Source: Albugo candida (Eukaryota). Taken from it: 64,000 nt of DNA. Made by a program: the position numbers and the translations under genes. This document shows, one piece after another, positions 55,064 to 64,000 of this stretch (position 1 is its first letter; each line of letters starts with the position of its first letter). The notes below the pieces were generated by a model, which searched no databases, was not told the origin of the DNA, and was given only the letters and a program-made list of their open reading frames with translations. Location of the stretch: positions 62,001 to 126,000 of the forward strand of contig JBDOQK010000069.1 of NCBI GenBank assembly GCA_040437565.1, read 5' to 3'.

Positions 55064-58000
55064 CCTTCCCCAGCATCAGAGGAGATTACCATACCTCCCT
55101 GTGCGGACGACAAAGACTCGTTCTTCGACATACCATTTACCACAAGCAACTATCAGCTCGCCTTCTCCCCACTTGAAGACGATGCTGGGCACGATATTAT
55201 TTTCATCGTAAAGAGACACAGCGGTGTTGTCCGCAGCAACCCGTTATATCCCAATGAGCCAATCGCTCGGATGTTGGAGGAACAATGCCTCCATAAAGCA
55301 CCGATGAAATCGGTCTCGAAAAGTGCTCGGCGAAAGCACATCAAGGCGACTCAAGTCACTTTTCTGAGTCTTGGGGACCCGGAAACTCGTCTTGCGGCTA
55401 TCGCTGCGCAACCTTTCATTATTGCCCCGGTCTTCATGACTCCCAATTTTGAAAAAAATGCCATGTTGCGCGACTAATAAATTTTGCGGGCAATCAGCTT
55501 CGCCCCGAACAATACTCATGGAGACGCCTTCAGTTTCGTTAGTCGACTTCATCATTACTATGGAGAATATATGACATTAGGGAAGGTTCGTTTTCATTCT
55601 CTTTCCCTGATGAAGAGACTCAAACACTTGCTTTAGCACTGGTAATGTTTGATCTATACCTTCGTGCCTATGGTGCGTCTATATATATGGTTCCCCTAAG
55701 CGTTGGGGCTTTGCTCTCACAAACTCAACCATCTTTTATCCAGCAAAGCCTCTTCTTACTATGGGATGATAGCGTACTTATGACTTTTGCCGCATCAGAG
55801 TTAGGCTCTTCTCAGCTAACGACCGCACCAACATATGTGGTCGACATTTGTAGTCTCCTCCACTACACCTTTTCATGCTCGGGAGAACATATGGAGGAAT
55901 CCAGTAACTCTTCTGGCATGGATCTCCCGGCCCTTTCCGACTGACAGTCGACTCTACCTCATCACCTTCTCCTTGCCTTTAAACAGCCTTGGTCATTCTC
56001 GGATCTTTTACTCAATGTGAACGGCCTGAATCATGTTAACCCGGTTTTTTATCGCAAACTTCTGCCTCAACATCAACTTGTTGCTCTTCAAGAAACCAGT
56101 TTAAGTACTTAAGACAGCCGACACAGTAATACCGACTTCATTAACACCGTGGACTCAGGCGCGAAGACGTTTTACTTTTCTTTGGACAGTCCTCATGGCG
56201 TGGGCCGCAATGGAGTGGCCTTGGTTCTACCATCAAATCATCCCTTTGGAGCCTTACTCAGCATTACTTTGCAAATAAATTCCACGCACCAATCACAGCC
56301 CCTACCTTTTGATCGAGACCTCTTTGAACCGACAACGAAATGGATTCATGTGATTTGTGCACCAGCAGAATTCGCGGCAAGGAATTCCTTCTTCGCTTCT
56401 CTTCCCAGCAATATTCCAGACGGTATTCAACACACTGTCTCCGTGGACTTCAACATCCCCTTTGATCCTATTTTGAATTCCTGCACAAGTTCTACGCATA
56501 CATCGACTTCCACGGTATTGCAACAGGGGGCTTTACACTCAGGCCTTGTCGATGCTTGGAGATCAACCTACCCAACATTCCAGGAATTTACCGGACCAAG
56601 GCGCCGTAATCGCATCACCTACTGCTTCATGTCTTCCAATCTTTTTACACCACCCCGTTCCTATCAAACATGACCTTACTACCCAATACTATCTCGTGGA
56701 TCACTTTCCTGTCATTTTCCGATTACAACATGCTTCCTACCCAGCTTGTTCGCGCCTTCCCTGGAATTTCCCTACTTGGCTATTAAAATTCCCTTTAGTC
56801 CATGAAGCTTTGAAAACTCCTCTTCTCGACCTTACGAACCGAGTACGATTTGTAGAAGAAGACAACCCAGGCGCATTGTTTTATGAACACACGCGTTCCG
56901 AACTTGGCATCAATTCCGAGCCATTAAAACTCACAAGCAGCACCAACTTACCCGTCTCCGCAGTGCCTACCAGACTGCCGCTCAACTTGCCACTCAGGTA
57001 GAGAAGCTTCTTCTTCCTATCGAACTTAACGAGGGAGAAACCCGCCGAAAAACGGTTGGTTCCTGGCATCACTTCGACCATATCATTCGACACAGTGAGA
57101 AAGCCACCAAATCTTTCCTTCGACAGCCTACTCCTGTATTACGCCAAGTTTGCATCCCATCAACACAACATAACGATGGATCTCACGCTACAACAGATAA
57201 AATGGCTTCATATCAGCCTGGTTATTGGGCACAGCTTTTTCAATCGCTTTCCACAGAATACTCTTCCAAAATGCGTTATCGCAAACATGACCCCATAGAG
57301 CTAAGCTCTCTCCTTCAACATACGACACAAACACATACCGAACAAGATAGAGCATACCTCGATGCATCATTTACGGCCAGCGAATTTTACTGGGCAATCA
57401 AGACATGACTACGGAACAAAACTCCCGGATATGATTGCCTTCCAGTTGGATATTATCAACTTTCCATATCAACTTGGGCACAAGTCTTTGAGTTAATTTA
57501 CTCCGCACAGTTTTCGATAGGACGAATGACCAAGTTCCAACGCCGCGCCACTGTTACTCTTCTCTATAAGAAGGGTGACAGAAGCCTTCCCAGCAACTAC
57601 CGCCCTATCACTCTACTCAATCATGACGCAAAGCTCGGTCCCAAGATTCTCACTAATCGCCTTAGCAAAATCCTGCCAAAGCTACTCCACACCGATCAAA
57701 GTGGCTTTGTTCAGGGCCGATTAATTCGCCATACACTAGTGCGGTTTCAAGACATCCAACAACTTTGCCAGCAACGGTTCCCTCATGCTGGTGCTATATT
57801 ACTAGACTTCGCCAAGGCTTTTGACAGTGTGTTGTGGCCGGCACTTCACACTATCTTAACCCATTATGACTTTGGAGCTAATTTTCGCTCATGGATCAAG
57901 ACATTTTATCAAGATAAATTGATCGCTGTCATGGTCAATGGCAGTGCAAGCAAGTTTTTTCTACTCGGAAGCGGGGTTCGCCAAGGTGATCCCCTTTCAC

Positions 58001-60299
58001 CTTCACTCTTTGTGCTCTTCCTGGAACCCTTCATGAAATTATCTCCACGCATCAACAGGACACCCTGGCATCCCGGTACAACGGTCATCAGCAGCTCACC
58101 ACCCTACAGCATTTGCAGACGATTGCAACGGTTTCCTCAATCAATTTATGGCCTCGGTTAAGCATTACCCACAAGCTACTGGACTCCAATTCAATGAATC
58201 CAAAACTATTTGGTTTTCAAACGCCCTCCCCTAACTTTGTGGCTTTCTTGATATTACTCCCTCGCCCCTTTTCTGCGGCAGTCCCCAAGGTCACCTTTCT
58301 AGGTGTATAACTATACCAATACCTCAACCTTTCTCACTGCTTTCCTTTCCTACTCACCAAGCTTTCAGCTCGACTAGTGGTGTGGCAATATCGGGGAAGA
58401 ACACTCCTTGGGTGCGCGGTGATCTTACGGTCTATCGTTCTACCTCTTCTCTGGTACCCTGCGCCAGTAACACCAATACCCTCACCCATTGTCGACTCGG
58501 TATGGGAGTTATTCAAAACTTTCCTCTATCAACGGCCGATAGATCTTGATAGTGCTACCAATAGCGCAATGCATTCGAACTGGATTACTCTAACAACAGC
58601 ACTTGGTGGCTTGGGCTTACCTTGTTTATAGAGTTTCTCTGGGGCAATGCACCTTTGCCTCCTTAGGGACGGTATCAAGGATTGCTTAATCTGTAAAACC
58701 CCTTCATGGTTCCTACCTGCGATTCAGCTAATGACCGATTGGTAAGGGCGACTTGATTTTTTCACCCATCAACCTTTTAACTATCCGCAATCTCGAGGGT
58801 CTTACATTGGTCTCCTTTGGTATGCAACTTTCCAACACTAGCCACATATTCTACCGATACATTACGAGCACCTATCTGGCGACACTAGAAGCGAATTTAA
58901 GGACCAAACAAGTGGCCAATGTAACATGCCAGTATTCGTACACAGCTTTTTTTACAGTAATGGATACCAACATTTTTCCAGCTTTATCGGTCGCTTCGGT
59001 TCCTTGCCCACTCACAATATCCTCACAATCGTTCTCCCCAGCAATGCCTTCCAGTGGCGAAGGGATTTCATGGCTACTATTCACATCTTCACCAAAACCT
59101 TCAGGTGATCAATAGAGGCATCACTATCAAACATGGCCCCTTCCTTCCTCAGCATGACGCTGCGACCTTTGTTCTATGGTCTTTTAAAGACGCCCCCTTT
59201 ATTCACCTTACCAACCGAAGGCTCTATCATATGTTGCATCAACTACCAAAAACAGTGGTGCTTCCCGATAAAGCTTTGAAAGTTATCCCGCCAACACAAT
59301 CGAATTCTATGTGGAAGAGCAAAGGCACCCTCAACAGAGATGTTCTCCCTAAAGTTCCGCATCCAATACAATGGCTTACGTCTTCGATTCAAATATCGCT
59401 TTCATACCTCTCACGTCCTATTCTCCCTTGGTTGTAATTCCCTCGAAACAGTCAAAAGTTCTTCTGGGAGTGTTCCCGGGCTACAAATTTATGGTTCACT
59501 CTCTCTTCCCCATATTTGGCTGTCTAGAAGAAACCCTCACGTGGGACACTGTAGTCTATGGCCCCAACTTTGCCCTTACAATATCAGCAACCAGGAATTA
59601 TGGTACACACAATATCCTTCGCTTCCTTAACGTTTTTCTTTGTATCAGACTCAGAGCATTATGGCTCGCGCGCACTGCAGCTATCTTTCAGCACCGGGAA
59701 GAATGCCCTACGCATTCTGATCATACCACACGTTGCTACATTCGGGCTCATATTTAGCGCGCGAAGTACCTATCGCCTACAAACGCTTAGCTTATGGCCT
59801 ATGTGAAGTTTGTCTTCATCGAAATTTCACTCAGTCCGTTCATCACTGCGTTCCTCCTATGCATTATTCACTACATCCTATGGTGCGGCACTCCTTACTA
59901 CTTTTCCAACAATTTCGCTCAAGTCTAGACTTCAGCATCACTGTGTTCTTCTCCCGTATCTCCGACTCTATCTATCCTGCCCCTATCCTGGATTACATCC
60001 TTGGCGACTTTATACGCTCAAGTTTTGGCCTTGAGCACAGTTTATCTTTGATCACAATTGCCCGTGGCCTTTGCATCCTTGCGTCAACTTTTCTGCCACT
60101 TCGCCTCATCAACTTTCAAATCTGCAAACTAGGATTGACTATGTGGACCACCCTTCTGTTTTCTTTACGTCATAAGAGATAGCTTCAAGCGTCAGTTATA
60201 GCCCCAATATACAAGTATGTTGGAGCAATACACTTCACAAGCCTTAGTTATTCCCTCCTTAAATAGATTGTTTTTAAACAGTGTAATGAGATGTTAAAA

Positions 60300-60317
60300 A
60301 TCAGACTTGCCCTCCAA
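60300..60317 (-). repeat. 18S rRNA-derived target duplication ATCAGACTTGCCCTCCAA
   Basis: 17/18 match to SSU antisense ACCAGACTTGCCCTCCAA, at the Y2/Y3 junction. Confidence 0.85.
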
Positions 60318-61850
60318 GGGTTCCGCCCAGCTCAATCGGTTGAGCACACGGATCCCCTGCTGGAGATCGTCAGTTTGATCTCCGGCACTGTGTGCAGCGG
60401 TTTGGCAAAGTTGTAGCGGACTTTATAAGCCGAGTGGTCGAGAACGATTGAATCGGTTTGAGGACTGGTCGGAACTGAGCTGTCTGCTAAATTGAGGGGA
60501 TGAGGGTGCTACGGAAAGCCAAATAAGGTTGAAGGTGGTTGGATTGTTGCGATAAAGTCGCTCTTGATGTGGTGCAGTGTGAAAAGCACTGGTGCACTAA
60601 ACTACCTTCTTCATCCTATTATGAGCCCCTGACCGTGTGGTTATCAGTTGAGTCTGACTTCAAAACTAGGGAGGCAGATATTTTTCAAGCTCATTGCTTG
60701 AAACCCTTGCCAGTCTTCGCAAAACCTCATTTCCACCTTATTGGTGAAACTCAGCTTAGCTTTCTCTCATTGCCGGAACCCTTTCTCACCAACCATCCTA
60801 GTTGGAGCCTCTATTTTCAGTAGAGAACCTTTTTTTGTGATTCTTATAAGTGATTATACAAGGGATAAAATGGCTCCAGCAAAGTCCAATGTGGACAGAG
60901 CATGGCGCAAAACATTCCGCCAATCCAACCCGCAACATTACGTTATGTATCCAGCGATGATCTCTTCCAGGCTATTGAGGATGCGGTTGCGTCCAGCGCA
61001 TCGCCTGACACCTTCCGCATGCTTACATTACAGGAGTTGCAAGATTCAGGTATCGATTCTTGTGAGAAGATCGCCATGTTCATTCCAGCCCCGAGGTTGA
61101 TGGCGACGCTTCGCCTCGACGAAATTCTTCTCTCGCTCCATTAGAAAGCACAAACAGCCACTTGGAGAATGGTGTTAGGCTCACTGTGCGACTTTGTGAG
61201 CATCAGAAACCGCAGGCTTAAGTTCCACTCCCTCGACGAGGTGGTGGCTCAGAAACATGGCGGCGCAGCATTGATAGGCATGAGAAAATAATTTCTCGTG
61301 TAACCATACCGCCGCTTTGGCGACTGGTACTTTGTGGAACTAAACAAGGTACCTATAAGTCTATCTGATGACGCGATAGCGGGCTACTTTGAGCCCATAG
61401 GCATACCCACCATGCTCACTCTTAGCATCAAACACGGGGTAATCGACTCCAGGGATAGACACGTTTAATTTCGGTCAAAAATTGCCCCGGTCCAGCTTTT
61501 CTACATGGACCATCAACCTCTTCGGGAGATCTCCTTTCCTGGTTTTCCAGATCAGGTTTATGTCCACCACAAACATAGAGCATACAATCGAGTTACGCCG
61601 TCTTCGATAGTGGCGAAGAAGGAAGCGGCAAAAGCTGCAAAAAGGTTCAACCGTCCAAGAATACCCTTCGACACATCGAATTCAGTCCTCCACCTCGCGC
61701 AGAATCTATCACTCTTGTGCCCGAACCATCTTTGTAGCGCCTCACTCACTGCCACAGATCCCTTTGATACGTGGTCTCACGTATCGAATCAAATCAACTG
61801 CCGACAACCACGGCCACTTCCGCAGGCAAACTGGTGGAATAGTGACATGC
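60318..61850 (+). mobile_element. Family Y LINE Y3 (5' region and ORF1 from 60870; truncated)
   Basis: MAPAKSNVDRAWRKTFRQSNP...DDLFQAIEDAVAS...VYVHHKHRAYNRVTP, homologous to Y2 ORF1. Confidence 0.85.
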
Positions 61851-61959
61851 AAAGAAGAAGAGGCGGCCTTCTTCGATTAACCCGTCACCCCGACCGGCTA
61901 TCAGCTTGCTTTCTCGCAAGTGGAAGCCGACGAATGACACGACATCACTTGCGTGATCA

Positions 61960-64000
61960 CGGTTGAAGATTGTGGCGTTGTTCGTAGCTGTAGCGGATTA
62001 CGCATGATGACGGTTATGCGTGTCGTGATAGGGCAACTTGCACGGATAGTGATCTTCGAACTATCTGGAAGGAGTTATCAGTTTATAAGAGGATTCATAC
62101 AGTTATTCTTATCAGTGCTTTTAACTCCTAATTTCACTTTCTTTTTTTCAGCAATGAGTAGTAGTTGTGCTTTCGTTGTTGGTCATGAGCCCAGCTACGT
62201 TAGCTCGCAATGAGATCCTCACGGATGACAACAATTTCATGTGGGAATTTAATGCACGCATGACCCTCGCGCGCAAGAACCTTTTGGATCACGTTATGAT
62301 CAAGCTAGAGCGAACAGTGCTGCAGGAGCATCCAGAATGGAAAGCCGCTGACATGAAGGCTTCGGCTGTGCTGGTGAAGCTTCTCCCTCCAACCTACAAG
62401 TGTATGGTTCGGGAATGTGGGTCGGCCATTGAGGCTTGGGAGAATCTAAAGACGTACTTTGAGAAAAAAAACCGCCACAACCGAGTGCAACTTCGAAAGC
62501 AACTCCATGAGTCTGTGATGGAGACTGGTGCAGTTCTCATGGATCATCTACTAAAGATTGATGAGCTGTGTCTAAAGCTCAGGGCCGCCGTTGACAGCAT
62601 GGATAATGATGAAAAGCTGGTTTTACTTTTGGGAAGTTCATCATCCGAAAATGATGATATGGTACGCGTTATTGAAGCAAAAAGCAACGTGACACTGCTG
62701 GACACAAAAGAAATGCTCCACCGGGGGTATGACACTCTTCAGAGGCTAGACAAGAACGAACTCGCTTTCACGGCACAATGTCAGGGTAATGAACCTCGCC
62801 GCTTTCAAGGAAATCGAGGACACCATGGACAAGAAGAAAATGAAGTTCGCCACTAAAATTGTGGAAGAGGATATGCTAACGCTTGATTTCAAGGCAAGTG
62901 TTTCAGATGTGGAAGGCACGGACACAAAAGATCGCAGTGTCGCAACGTGAAAGCATCGAAACCTGGTGATGAACCTGTTTTTTTGGCATCCAGTGGCGAA
63001 ACAATTCCAAGTTCGACTTGGTTGCTGGATAATGGGGCATGTCGTCACATGACTGATGAAAAGCGTGAATTCGTGGAATTTGAAGATTTAAGTACCCCAA
63101 TTTGCATCACTGTGGCGAATCGACAGCAGTTAAAGGCAGAATGAACAGGCACAGTACAATTTATACTCGAGAATGGTCGGTAAAGCTAACAGAGGTNNNN
63201 NNNNNNNNNNNNNNNNNNNNNNNNNNNNNNNNNNNNNNNNNNNNNNNNNNNNNNNNNNNNNNNNNNNNNNNNNNNNNNNNNNNNNNNNNNNNNNNNGTTG
63301 GAAACATGTTTTTTCTTTGATAAAAACTAAAAAAAATCTGCTCGAAGTTTGAGCAAAGTGGACCCTATGCAGTTCGCAATCCTATCTGTTCATGTCAGGA
63401 CTCAACTCCTAATGAGTTACACCCAGACAGCACTTCGTATCGCAAATTGGTTGGTTCGCTGCTGTATATTGCGAACGCAACGCGACCAGATATTAGCTAT
63501 GCGATGTCAGTATTATCGCAGTACTTGGACCAGCCACGGCAGATGGACTGGCGTGCGGCTTTACGGGCTTAACATTAAATTATGCGAGCAAAATCGCACG
63601 GAATCGCGGACAAGAAATCGGACGCAAAAGATTAAAAGATTATGCGTCGGACTTACTGTAACGCAAATTAGAGAAATGACAAGAAAACTCGTCGATCTAC
63701 ATCAAGTGTTTCGATTTTGCTCGGTGGCGAGGTTGTCGTACATAAAAGCAAACGCCAAACCTTGGTAGCTTTATCATCTTCTGAAGCGGAATATAGCACT
63801 AGGTACACAAGAAATTATAGGGATCCGTTATTTGCTGAGAGACTTTTGTCTCGTGCAAGACAGCGATTACATTCCACATGAACAGCAAGTCGGCGAGAAG
63901 TATTGCGACGAATCAAGATTACACACCAAGAGCTAAGCACATTCACCTCAGGTTGCATTTTGTTCGCGACCACGTTGACCAAGGCGACATCCAACTCAAG
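61960..64000 (+). mobile_element. Ty1/copia remnant (PBS, gag, protease, gap, RT/RNaseH), running off the window
   Basis: PBS-like GGTCATGAGCCC at 62181; gag DDNNFMWEFNARMTLARK; CFRCGRHGHKRSQC; WLLDNGACRHMT; ATRPDISYA; ALSSSEAEY; RAKHIHLRLHFVRD; LTR start uncertain. Confidence 0.9.

Larger units (their letters stand above)
49537..60299 (+). mobile_element. Family Y LINE Y2 (full length; copia in 5' UTR, family A LINE in ORF1)
   Basis: ORF1 from 53093; APE NVNGLN, VALQET, RRNRITYC; RT ORF 57526-58161 with NYRPITLLNHDAKLGPKIL, LDFAKAFDSV, GVRQGDPLSPSLF; AFADD follows out of frame. Confidence 0.92.

Noticed and set aside
57526-58161. RT ORF as a retron, group II intron or DGR reverse transcriptase
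   Set aside because: The upstream APE domain, ORF1 and C-terminal Cys/His region identify a non-LTR retrotransposon
22518-60317. Recurrent 17-18-bp motifs as a CRISPR-like array
   Set aside because: The 'spacers' are multi-kb LINEs, the motifs match rRNA, no cas genes are present and the context is eukaryotic
1-64000. Numerous short six-frame ORFs as host genes
   Set aside because: They are frameshifted pieces or antisense shadows of retroelement ORFs, or span N gaps; no intact cellular gene was recognised

Overview
Eukaryotic, transposon-saturated scaffold segment with many 100-N gaps, probably from an oomycete (inferred from Inr/FPR-like motifs and copia style). No intact cellular protein gene was recognised. 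The window is dominated by decayed APE-endonuclease/RT (L1/Tx1-like) non-LTR retrotransposons, with five Ty1/copia insertions. The main finding is that the LINEs form head-to-tail arrays separated by short duplications of conserved RNA-gene sequence, always inserted antisense to the RNA. Family X (10.5-41.8 kb) is punctuated by CCCAGCCAAACTCCCCAC, antisense to the 28S rRNA H80/P-loop region, and the last copy runs into a real 155-bp 28S fragment. Family Y (42.0-61.9 kb) is punctuated by ACCAGACTTGCCCTCCA, antisense to 18S rRNA just 5' of the 530-loop motif GTGCCAGCAGCCGCGG. Family A, together with a tRNA-derived SINE (3.6-4.7 kb), is punctuated by tRNA positions 1-14/15 and abuts a tRNA-Ile(AAT) gene. 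Together these look like a set of site-specific retrotransposons targeting 28S, 18S and tRNA genes, lying in a decayed rDNA unit. rRNA matches are from recalled conserved sequence, not a database search, and element boundaries without a TSD are approximate.
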